NCBI GenBank assembly: GCA_963797975.1
Contig: CAWCRH010000002.1
Span: 112,524 to 176,523 of the forward strand
Origin: an uncultured Thermoplasmata archaeon
GTDB taxonomy: Archaea > Thermoplasmatota > Thermoplasmata > Lutacidiplasmatales > UBA184
Reading direction: 5' to 3'
DNA length: 64,000 nucleotides
Positions 28,216 through 36,601 of the stretch are shown piece after piece; the first letter of the stretch is position 1; each line of letters starts with the position of its first letter. The position numbers and the translations under genes were made by a program. A model generated the notes under the pieces. The model was not told the origin of the DNA, ran no database searches, and worked only from the letters and a program-made list of their open reading frames with translations.

Positions 28216-29295
28216 TCAGTAGCGGTCGAGCCTCGCCTGTTTCGACGGCGCGGGGGTGACCCGCTCGGCCCGAACCGTCAGGGTTCGCACAGGACGGTCG
28301 CGACCGGCGTGTTCTTCTTGGAGGAGCTCGCGGAGGAGCCGTTGGCTGTGCGCCACCAATGCGGCAGGTCCCGTCGTCACGCCGGGAAGGGCATGGGTAC
28401 GCTGGATGCGGTCAAAGTCGGACCACCGGACCCCTACCCCGACCCCCCCGTAGGCCAATCCCTCCTTCTCCAAGGTCTCCGCGAGCTCGACCGCGAGACG
28501 TTCGCCCTCTTCCACGATCGCGACCCGGTCGGACCGGTCGACATCGAACGTATGGTCCGTCGACCGCGACCGGGGCCCCGGGCTCTCCTCGGTATCCGGC
28601 GGGGGTTTTCCTCGGGCGGTCGCCACCAGGATGGCTCCCCAGGGCCCGAGAGTCTGCCGTAGCTCGCTCGTTCGTCGTTGGGCCAGCTCGCCGATCCGTT
28701 CGATGCCGGCCCGGCGCAACACTTCGGCGGTCTTCGGGCCGACACCCGGGATCGCTCGGACGGGCAAGGGCGCGAGGAATTCGGCCAGCCGTGAAGGATC
28801 CACACCGACGACCCCCGCGGGTTTCGCCTGGTCGCTGGCGATCTTCGCGATCATGCGACTGGTCGCCACGCCCCAAGACGAGGGCAGGTCGAGGGCGTCC
28901 TTCAGGTCGTGCTGCGAACCTCGAGCGAGGGCGACCGCGCCGTCGACCGAATCCGCTTCGGTCCGGACCGACGCCTCGTCGATGCTGTGAGGGCTCACGG
29001 AGCGAAACCGCCCTTCCAGCCAATCGCGAACCTCCCTCGAGACCCGCTCGTAGAGGGGAAAATTGGGAGGGATCCATTCGGCGTCCGGGCAACGACGTAC
29101 AGCCTCGCCAACCGGCTGGGCCGATCGAACCCCGAACGCTCGGGCCTCATAGCTCGCCGAGAGGACTACGGCGCGGCTGGGGGATGCGGACGGTCGGTGG
29201 CCCACGATCACGGGTCGCCCACGGAGCTCGGGACGCGTACGGAGCTCGCAGTTGACGTAGAAGGCGTCCATGTCCACGTAGAGCGTCCACTCCAT
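28216..29295 (-). CDS. dinB: DNA polymerase IV (Y-family, Dpo4/Dbh/DinB type)
   Basis: MEWTLYVDMDAFYVNCE and RGRPVIVG..SASYEARAFGV, palm/finger motifs of Y-family polymerases. Confidence 0.9.
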   Translation of the reverse strand: MEWTLYVDMDAFYVNCELRTRPELRGRPVIVGHRPSASPSRAVVLSASYEARAFGVRSAQPVGEAVRRCPDAEWIPPNFPLYERVSREVRDWLEGRFRSVSPHSIDEASVRTEADSVDGAVALARGSQHDLKDALDLPSSWGVATSRMIAKIASDQAKPAGVVGVDPSRLAEFLAPLPVRAIPGVGPKTAEVLRRAGIERIGELAQRRTSELRQTLGPWGAILVATARGKPPPDTEESPGPRSRSTDHTFDVDRSDRVAIVEEGERLAVELAETLEKEGLAYGGVGVGVRWSDFDRIQRTHALPGVTTGPAALVAHSQRLLRELLQEEHAGRDRPVRTLTVRAERVTPAPSKQARLDRY

Positions 29296-29346
29296 CGCCC
29301 GGTAACCGGCCCGAGGGAGGGTCGTACGGGGGAATGAACCTACGGG

Positions 29347-30081
29347 CTACGCGTTGAGGCGTCCGAAATCGACCGCGTTCGCGTCGATCTCGATGCCGTG
29401 GGGTCCGATCGTGTACGGTTGGGCGCTGCGCACATGCGCGGTGCGTCGCATCTTCAGTATACGGGCGGCGAGGCCCGCCCTCCGCCCGTCCGCGGTCTGG
29501 GAGTGCCCGAGCAGGATGACGCCGTCCGCGACGTACTCGGCGAGGCCGTTACGGGTCACTTCCGGGTGACGCGGGTCGGCCTCGGCCGTGAGGATTGTGG
29601 TCGCCCCGCTCGCGCGGCAAGCCCCCGCGAGCGCGAACAGCGTCTCGCGCCGGCTCACCTCCGTGTCGCAGAGCATCTCGAGCAAGGAGACCGAGTCGAC
29701 CACGATGCGGCGGGCTCCCAGACTGGCGAGCTCCTTCCCGAGCTCTCCCTGGATCCGCCGCAGACTCTGGTGCGTCTCGCGAGGGTCGAGTCGCAGGATC
29801 TTTAGCCGTCCCTCCTTCGCGGCGGCGTCAAACGGCCAACCGAACTGCCGCGCGGTCTCCATGAGCGGCTCGATATCCTCTTCCAGGGAGAGGAAGACCC
29901 CGAGTTCGTTCCTTTCCACCCCAGCCGCGAGAAAGGCAAGGCCGAGGCAGGTCTTTCCGGTCCCGGGGAGGCCGGTGACCAGGACGACGTGGCCGACCGG
30001 CACGCCTCCGTTGAGCATGGCGTCCAGACCGCTGATGCCCGTCGGCGCGCGGGCGCGCGGAGCCGTCTCAGATGCGCTCAT
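29347..30081 (-). CDS. KaiC/RadA-like RecA-superfamily ATPase (single domain)
   Basis: TGISGLDAMLNGGVPVGHVVLVTGLPGTGKT with an intact Walker A. 244 aa. Confidence 0.8.
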   Translation of the reverse strand: MSASETAPRARAPTGISGLDAMLNGGVPVGHVVLVTGLPGTGKTCLGLAFLAAGVERNELGVFLSLEEDIEPLMETARQFGWPFDAAAKEGRLKILRLDPRETHQSLRRIQGELGKELASLGARRIVVDSVSLLEMLCDTEVSRRETLFALAGACRASGATTILTAEADPRHPEVTRNGLAEYVADGVILLGHSQTADGRRAGLAARILKMRRTAHVRSAQPYTIGPHGIEIDANAVDFGRLNA

Positions 30082-30985
30082 GCTGAGTCGTCACCAGCCC
30101 GGTTTGGGCGTGCACGCGGATCACGAACCGGCCATGGTAGTCGTCCTGGACGTGGGAGAGGACCGGCATGAACTTCTCGATCTGCAACGAACGTTGACGG
30201 TAGGATCGGTTCGGGGTCGAGGTCCAGTTGAAGGAGAGCACGCCATCGACCGAGTCGACGATCGCGTATTCGATGGCGGGTGAGGCGACGCCGCGCGCGA
30301 GGAGCAGATAGACGATCCCGTCCCACTCCTTCGCTCGACGGCGGAGACCCTTGAGGAAGGTGACCAATTCGCTCCCGTCGAGACCGGGACGAATCACGAG
30401 GTCGCCGATGGAGTCGACGATCGTTACGGTCCGCGGTCCTCCGGCCTCGAGCGCCTGCGCGAGCGCGGGGAGCGGGCCCGCGGGCGCCCGGCTCAGCGCA
30501 GGCCCGGAGGCGGCGAGCGGGCTCGGGACCTCGGCCCAGACCGACGGCACGCTCGTATCGGCGAAGTAGGCCGGGGAGAGGTCCTCGAAGGTCAAGTGGC
30601 GGGCGAAGACCTCGGGGTAGACCGCGTCGAAGGCGTCGCGCACCTCGTTCAAGACCTGGCGCCTCGACCGGGTCAGGCTCACGTACAGGATCCGCTCGGG
30701 ATAGAGGAAGGGACCCTTCGCCGTGCCCAAGTGGAAGCCGTGCGCCTCCGGGTCCTCCCGATGGAGCATCAGTTGAACCGCGGAAGTGAACGCGAACTCC
30801 GCGTGACCCGCTCCCGCGTCCCCCATGAGCAGGACCACGGAGCCGGCCGGAACTCCGCCCATGAAGTAATCAAAGTCGGGCACCCCCGTCGGCACGCGTT
30901 CCGCGATGTCTGTCGGTAAAGGGGTGGCGTTCTCGGTCGGGGAACGCGCCTGAAGAAGGTCGAGCGCCACGTCTCTTCTCCGCAC
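30068..30985 (-). CDS. KaiC/RadA-like protein with degenerate Walker A
   Basis: TGVPDFDYFMGGVPAGSVVLLMGDAGAGHAEF. Start set to in-frame GTG 30985 (or 30970), because the longer track ORF 30068..31408 runs through truD in another frame. Confidence 0.6.
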   Translation of the reverse strand: MRRRDVALDLLQARSPTENATPLPTDIAERVPTGVPDFDYFMGGVPAGSVVLLMGDAGAGHAEFAFTSAVQLMLHREDPEAHGFHLGTAKGPFLYPERILYVSLTRSRRQVLNEVRDAFDAVYPEVFARHLTFEDLSPAYFADTSVPSVWAEVPSPLAASGPALSRAPAGPLPALAQALEAGGPRTVTIVDSIGDLVIRPGLDGSELVTFLKGLRRRAKEWDGIVYLLLARGVASPAIEYAIVDSVDGVLSFNWTSTPNRSYRQRSLQIEKFMPVLSHVQDDYHGRFVIRVHAQTGLVTTQHERI

Positions 30986-31004
30986 CGTCCTCTGCCGGCG
31001 CGGC

Positions 31005-31012
31005 AGTATTAG
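31005..31012 (-). promoter_or_regulatory. TATA-like box (CTAATACT on minus strand)
   Basis: AT-rich octamer between the truD stop and GTG 30985, about 23 nt upstream of that GTG. Confidence 0.3.
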
Positions 31013-31037
31013 AACGCTCGTTTCCAGTCGTGCCCGC

Positions 31038-32402
31038 TCAGCCCGTTGCACCGCTCTTGGTAAACTCCCGGAGGAGGACGGTGGCGTAAGACCCTCTCGG
31101 GAGCGTGAACCGGAATCTCGCGGACGGAAGCGGATCGCCCGGAGTGCTACCGATCTCGAGCTCGATGGGCGGGAGGGGGACGAGCGCCGGGCGCCAGGAC
31201 CCTCGACTGGCAAGCTCCGGGGTCGTGGGGAGCTTGAAGGCGCGCGGGTCGAGCCCTTCCTCGTCCAAGACGGCCTTGAGGATCTCCCCCCCCGGGCCCG
31301 CCGGAACGCGGGTCTCGAACCCGACGAGCGGTCCACCGACCAAGGCTTGCCCTCGCGTGACCAAGGCGGAGCATTCGGGGAGGTTGTCCGCCTCGACGGG
31401 GACCGCATCCTCGCCTCGAACGGTTCCGTCCCGGGCCCGACGTAGGATCCAGTCTCCCACGGTCGCCTCGCTCAGGGCTAGCCCGCGAATATGGCGCTCG
31501 GAGAGCCACCGATTGAAGAGAAGGGATTGGTAGGCGTGGACGAAGAGCAGGCGAAGCTCACGACCGAGCGCACGAAGCGCCCGTTCGGGGCTGTGACCCC
31601 GCGCGAGGTGCTCGAGCAGTGAACGCTCGAAGCGGTACTCCCGGGGGAAGTCGCGGAGGGCTTTGGCGGCGTCGTGATCCTGCCCGTACGCGATGCGAGC
31701 GGGGTCGACCGGTCGCTCGTCCCCGGCTGGTACCGCGGCGAGATAGATCTCGACGGCGCGAGCAAAATCGCCCTGGACGATCGCCCGACCGACCTCGTGG
31801 GTGATGGGGCGGACCTCCCCGAACCGCTGAGGGCCATAGAAGTTAGGGATCCCACCCGCCATCCGAAGGGCCTCGAGCGTGGCGCGGTAGGCGTGCTCGG
31901 CGTCCGCAGCCGACCCAGCGAGCGCTCGAAGACGGAGGTCAAAGCGGTTTCCGAAATGATCGCCCAACCGCAGGCCTTCACGGGCACGATAGGTCTCGAT
32001 CACGCGGGTGCGAGGGAGGTCGAGCTCGGAAGGCGCGAGCTCGCCCAGGTAGGAAAAGAGACGTTCGGTGACCGCCCGTCGATCTTTCGTCCCCGCCCAC
32101 TGGACGGCATGGCGGGGAAGGCGCAACTGCCGAGCGATCGCCTCCGCGAGTTCGTGTTGTTCCCAGCCTTGGCTCTCGATGCGGAGGATCGTGAACCTCC
32201 CGGCAGGGTCCGGGCGGGGATAGGCGGATATCTCGTCCACTCGAAAGTCTTCTGCGCTCGTCTTGATCACACCGTAGACGCCCGGCGTGCGAGAGAGGTA
32301 GAAGCCGAGTCCGATCGACCGCTCCCCTGGTGGAGGAGCCCACTCGCCTTCCACGTTGCGCCTCCGGCGCCGTACCGGCGCCGGGCGGATGACCACTTCC
32401 AA
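31038..32402 (-). CDS. truD: tRNA pseudouridine synthase D
   Basis: GVIKTSAEDFRVDE and the catalytic-Asp motif WAGTKDRRAVT. 454 aa. Confidence 0.9.
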   Translation of the reverse strand: MEVVIRPAPVRRRRRNVEGEWAPPPGERSIGLGFYLSRTPGVYGVIKTSAEDFRVDEISAYPRPDPAGRFTILRIESQGWEQHELAEAIARQLRLPRHAVQWAGTKDRRAVTERLFSYLGELAPSELDLPRTRVIETYRAREGLRLGDHFGNRFDLRLRALAGSAADAEHAYRATLEALRMAGGIPNFYGPQRFGEVRPITHEVGRAIVQGDFARAVEIYLAAVPAGDERPVDPARIAYGQDHDAAKALRDFPREYRFERSLLEHLARGHSPERALRALGRELRLLFVHAYQSLLFNRWLSERHIRGLALSEATVGDWILRRARDGTVRGEDAVPVEADNLPECSALVTRGQALVGGPLVGFETRVPAGPGGEILKAVLDEEGLDPRAFKLPTTPELASRGSWRPALVPLPPIELEIGSTPGDPLPSARFRFTLPRGSYATVLLREFTKSGATG

Positions 32403-32439
32403 GCCACTTAATCCCGCCCGTCCGCGGGGGACGTAGAGG

Positions 32440-33852
32440 TCAGCGGGGGGCCACGGGGTTGGGGGCGCCCCGGCGAGCGTGCTTATCGACGCTCGGCCGG
32501 TCGCGATGCAAGCGCACGAGACGGCGACGGACCGTGAACATCGGGAAGGGGATGGGTGCGATCAGGATCATCCCGACCACGACGACCGCCGCCGCGAGAC
32601 TGTAGGTGAAATCCACGCCGTAGGTCGCGAACAACCATCCTCCAAGGACGGTGCCGACGAGGCTGCCCGCCCCCGCGACGGCGTTGTACAGTCCCAGCGC
32701 GCGTCCCCGGGCCGACCGCCCGACCAATCGAACGAGGAAGAGAGTGCTCGCGGTACTGATGAAGGCCCAGGTGACGCCCAGAAGAGCGTTGAGGAGCGTC
32801 ATCCATCCAGCGAGCGCGGGGCTTCCGAGGCCGAGCAGGATGTAGACGGGACCCCACAGGAACAAGAGCATGAGCAGGACCCGTCCGCCGAGGGAAGCCA
32901 GGAAGACCGACTTCGGAGAGTGGCTCTCGACCGATTTGCCCGAGTGGAAGAACAAAGCGGTCGACGCCGCGGCCGACCCGAGGTAAACGATGAAGATCGA
33001 GGCGTCCGAGAGCTGAGCGTTCTGCCAGAGGAAGACCGGGAACGGCCCGTAGAAGATGTCGAAGCCGAGCGAGACCGTCGCGAGGGCCGCCAGGAAAAGA
33101 TACTCCCGCCCGGGCAAAGATTCCGGGGGACCTCGAGCGATCTCGACGATATTGAGCACGCGTGAGCGAACGTGACGAAGTCGCTCAACGACCCCCCGTT
33201 GGAGGTTGAAGAGGTCGGCAACGGCGCTACGGGCGATCCGCCCGAGCGGTTCCTCGATCCAGGCCCAGGCGATCGCGGCCGCCAAGATGGCCAGGACCCC
33301 CGACGCGATGAGCAGGGCCGTCATCGCCTGAACGGCGGGCTGGTTGTACCCGATGACGAAGAGCCAGACGAACCCGACCCCCAGCCCGACGGACGTACCG
33401 AGCCCGGAGATCAGGCCGAAGAGCCCGATGTCACCGGGCCACCATCGCTTCTGGCGCGTTTCGAGGAGCAGCATCGTCCCGATCGGGGCGCTCGCCGCCG
33501 AGGCGAGTCCCTCCACGACGTTCAGCCAGAAGTACGAGGTCAGGTTCTGCGCGAGCGCGATCAAAATGATGCTGACGCCGGTCGCGGCGAACGACCCCAC
33601 GAGGAAGAATTTACGGTGGGCGACACGGTCGGACAGGTTCCCCCAAAGGATCGTGAACGGAACTTGGCTCATCGCGCTCGCCGCGATGATGATCGTGACG
33701 ACGAAGGCGGAGGCTCCGAAGTGCTGGAGCGCGAGCAACGGGATCAGGGGGGTGGCGATCCCGTCCGAGATGGCGAGCGGAAGGTAGGAGAGGAACCACA
33801 GGTCGTTGGTCGACGGCCGGAGCTGGACCGTCTGCTTGATGTTGATGCCCAC
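32440..33852 (-). CDS. MFS transporter
   Basis: 470 aa. Motif GNLSDRVAHRK and 12 or more hydrophobic segments. Confidence 0.8.
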   Translation of the reverse strand: MGINIKQTVQLRPSTNDLWFLSYLPLAISDGIATPLIPLLALQHFGASAFVVTIIIAASAMSQVPFTILWGNLSDRVAHRKFFLVGSFAATGVSIILIALAQNLTSYFWLNVVEGLASAASAPIGTMLLLETRQKRWWPGDIGLFGLISGLGTSVGLGVGFVWLFVIGYNQPAVQAMTALLIASGVLAILAAAIAWAWIEEPLGRIARSAVADLFNLQRGVVERLRHVRSRVLNIVEIARGPPESLPGREYLFLAALATVSLGFDIFYGPFPVFLWQNAQLSDASIFIVYLGSAAASTALFFHSGKSVESHSPKSVFLASLGGRVLLMLLFLWGPVYILLGLGSPALAGWMTLLNALLGVTWAFISTASTLFLVRLVGRSARGRALGLYNAVAGAGSLVGTVLGGWLFATYGVDFTYSLAAAVVVVGMILIAPIPFPMFTVRRRLVRLHRDRPSVDKHARRGAPNPVAPR

Positions 33853-33933
33853 GACCCCGTGCGCCCCCGAGCCGGGGTTGAATCGCCTGCGTTAACGGAT
33901 AAAACTACAGTTCGTGACGAACGGCGAACGCCG

Positions 33934-34509
33934 TTACCGAGTCGCGACCCCGAGCGACTTCACGATCTCGGCGTGCTCGGCCCGGCTGATCCATTCGACC
34001 TTGAGGTAATCCCGAAGGAACTCGTCCGAGGCGCCGAGCGCGCGCGCGTCGTCCACGACGATCCGATAGGCCTCAAGCTCGGTCCATCGCTTGACGTAGC
34101 TCACCCCAGGCTCCCACAGGTTCGCTCCGTCCCGACGCTGACGGACGTGACAGAGCTCGTGGTAGATGTCCATGTACACGGTCATCGCCGGGCTCGTCAC
34201 CAGATGGTTTTGGCCGGCCACGATACAATCGGTATCGGGAGCCACCACCGGCTTCCAACGCCGGCGGGCATCGGGCGGGAGCTCGTGCGGGGCAACGTAC
34301 ATCCAGAGGTCGGCGGTCACGATCTCAACCTCGGTCCGATGAAAGAGTGCCGTGCGCTTCGTCGGGTCCGGCTCGACCCGCGCCGCGATCGGGAGCCGGT
34401 CGGCCCCCGGGAAGACGGCGAGCATCGCGTGGCGGCCGGCGGGCAACTCCCGGCGGATCTCGAAGCCCGCCGGAGGCTCTCCGGTCTTCATCGTCCTGGA
34501 CCGGGGCAT
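33934..34509 (-). CDS. hypothetical protein with HExxH motif (possible metallopeptidase)
   Basis: 191 aa with MDIYHELCHV (HELCH). No other family signature recognised. Confidence 0.5.
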   Translation of the reverse strand: MPRSRTMKTGEPPAGFEIRRELPAGRHAMLAVFPGADRLPIAARVEPDPTKRTALFHRTEVEIVTADLWMYVAPHELPPDARRRWKPVVAPDTDCIVAGQNHLVTSPAMTVYMDIYHELCHVRQRRDGANLWEPGVSYVKRWTELEAYRIVVDDARALGASDEFLRDYLKVEWISRAEHAEIVKSLGVATR

Positions 34510-34585
34510 GACGTTCGCGCGAGCCGCGCAGACCCTTAACGATGCGGTCGGGAGCCTTCATCTGAGCCCCCGCCTACTCGGGAGT

Positions 34586-35545
34586 ATGGCGGCGCAGAAG
34601 CGACGCGCGGTCGATTTTTCCCAGATTCAGGGGCTTAGGGTCGGGCACGCGCAGGACCCGACCGGCCAGACGGGGGTCTCCGTGGTGCGCTTCGACCGTT
34701 CGTCACCGGTAGTAATCGACGTTCGCGGAGGCGCGTCCGCTACGTACGACACCGGCTCGCTCAATCTGGAGGCGACGTTCGGGCGGCGTTGGGCCATCTT
34801 CTTCTCCGGAGGGAGTCTCTATGGACTGGACGCGGCGCGCGGCATCCGTACTCGACTGTTAGAGGAGGGAGTGGGCCAACGGGCCTTTGGGGGGGAGGCG
34901 GTCGTCGTACCGGTGTCGGGGGCTGCGATCTTCGACATATACGCCGGCCGACTCCCGAAGGCAGACTACCAAGCGTTGGGATACGCGGCCGCCCGGGACG
35001 CATCCCGTTCTTCGGCGGTTCGGGCCGGCTCCATCGGGGCGGGCTGCGGCGCGCGCGTCGGCAAGTACCTCGGTCCATCGCGCACGATGGCCGGCGGGGT
35101 GGGGAGCGCTGCCGCCCCGCTTGCGGGAGGCGGCCGCATCGGCGTCCTGGCCGTGGTGAACGCGGTCGGGGCAATCCGGGATCCCTTTAGCGGAGAGTTC
35201 ATCGCAGGAGCCCGCTCGCGAAGAGGGACCATCGTTCCGCCGACCTCCCGCGCGCTCGCGCACGTTGGCCGAACTCACACGACCCTCGCGCTCGTCGCGA
35301 CCGACCTTCTCCTGTCCCGGCCGGAGCTTTTCCGACTGGCGATGATCACATCGACCGGCCTCGCCCGGGCGATCGTCCCGTTCCACACGACGACCGATGG
35401 GGACATGGTTTTCGCGGCGTCGACCGAGAGAGTGGCGCGCCGTGGAACGGAGCGACGACCCGGTGAGGTCGTCGACCGGATCGGCATCGCGGCCGCCGAC
35501 CTCGCTGTAGAGGCCGTTCTCGCTGCGGTCTCGCGGGGGCCGTAG
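34586..35545 (+). CDS. P1/DmpA (S58)-family aminopeptidase
   Basis: GLRVGHAQDPTGQTGVSVV, FSGGSLYGLDAA, and TTLALVATDLLLSRPELFRLA..HTTTDGDMVFA. ATG 34586 chosen with GGAG upstream. Confidence 0.8.
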   Translation: MAAQKRRAVDFSQIQGLRVGHAQDPTGQTGVSVVRFDRSSPVVIDVRGGASATYDTGSLNLEATFGRRWAIFFSGGSLYGLDAARGIRTRLLEEGVGQRAFGGEAVVVPVSGAAIFDIYAGRLPKADYQALGYAAARDASRSSAVRAGSIGAGCGARVGKYLGPSRTMAGGVGSAAAPLAGGGRIGVLAVVNAVGAIRDPFSGEFIAGARSRRGTIVPPTSRALAHVGRTHTTLALVATDLLLSRPELFRLAMITSTGLARAIVPFHTTTDGDMVFAASTERVARRGTERRPGEVVDRIGIAAADLAVEAVLAAVSRGP

Positions 35546-35550
35546 CGGGG

Positions 35551-36135
35551 TCAGTTCCCGGTGGGCCTCGCGCGCCGGTCGGCTCGCAGCCTACGGATGA
35601 GGTCGCTGCGAGTGATGATCCCGCTCACCGTTCCTCGGTGGGTCACGAGGACCGCGGGTACCCGGGTGAGGAGGTCGGCCAACAGGTCGGTCGGGAAATC
35701 GAGGTCGACCTGGGGGTACATGCTCTCCTGGGTATCGCGGACACGCGGTGGTGACCGACGGTTCGAGCTCTGGGCCAGGGTGCGTAGAACCCCCGATTCG
35801 GACAGGGAGCCCGTGACCCGTCCGTTCTCCGTGACCGGGATCTGGGAGATGGCGTGCTGCTCCATGAGGCGGGCGGCATCGCCGAGTGAGGTCGACCCAT
35901 CGACGGTTCGAACCGGGCGGGTCATGATCTCGCCGGCCGTGAGCCGGGTCGTGAGGGCGCCCTCTTTTTCCTCTAGGTAGGAAAGGATCCGCTGGACCAG
36001 CTCGTAGGAGGGCCGAATCTGGCCTCGCTCGATACGGGAGAGCGTAGCGTCACTGCGGCCCACCGCTCGCGCGACCTCGCCAAGCGGGAGACCCAACGCG
36101 CGCCGCCGTCGGCGGATCTCGGACAGCGGGTCCAT
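35551..36135 (-). CDS. XRE-type HTH plus CBS-pair transcriptional regulator
   Basis: LGEVARAVGRSDATLSRIERGQIRPS helix-turn-helix followed by two CBS-like repeats. Confidence 0.8.
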   Translation of the reverse strand: MDPLSEIRRRRRALGLPLGEVARAVGRSDATLSRIERGQIRPSYELVQRILSYLEEKEGALTTRLTAGEIMTRPVRTVDGSTSLGDAARLMEQHAISQIPVTENGRVTGSLSESGVLRTLAQSSNRRSPPRVRDTQESMYPQVDLDFPTDLLADLLTRVPAVLVTHRGTVSGIITRSDLIRRLRADRRARPTGN

Positions 36136-36233
36136 ACGAAGGCCAACCGGGCGGGTCTTATGGCGTGTGCTCTCCCACTCCCGGAGCGCCGACCCGTCCG
36201 TAGGCGGAAACTACAAACGACCGGCCATCTCTC

Positions 36234-36503
36234 ATGGGAGCGAGCATGACTGCCCCGCGCCGAACGGCTTGGATCGTGGCTCCTCCCGAGATCTGCTGTC
36301 TGTGCCAGGAGCCGTTAGGTCTCCCGTCGGAGACCAGCTCGTGGAACGGGCGCCCCGCGCACCGAGACTGCGTCCGGGTCCATCTCCTGCAGAATGACCC
36401 GGCCTTCCGCGGGGCCTCCGAGGCCGAGGAGGCGTCGGAGGAGCCCTCCGATACGATGGAAGGCGCGGTCCTCCGGGACGACGACGACCCCGGCTACGAG
36501 TGA
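36234..36503 (+). CDS. possible small Cys-containing acidic protein
   Basis: 89-aa ORF with EICCLCQEP..HRDCVRVH and an Asp/Glu-rich tail. Immediately upstream of the radical SAM gene. No family recognised. Confidence 0.35.
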   Translation: MGASMTAPRRTAWIVAPPEICCLCQEPLGLPSETSSWNGRPAHRDCVRVHLLQNDPAFRGASEAEEASEEPSDTMEGAVLRDDDDPGYE

Positions 36504-36575
36504 GCACGGGACACGAATTCCATCACACCGGGGCGTCGAAACGCATAAGAAGGAGGCCCTCGTGGCTTCACAAGG

Positions 36576-36580
36576 ATATA
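36576..36580 (+). promoter_or_regulatory. TATA-like box (GGATATACA)
   Basis: AT-rich element about 24 nt upstream of ATG 36602. A GGAGGAGG Shine-Dalgarno-like run lies between them, so the leader status is ambiguous. Confidence 0.35.
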
Positions 36581-36601
36581 CACTGTCTAGGAGGAGGAAG
36601 A

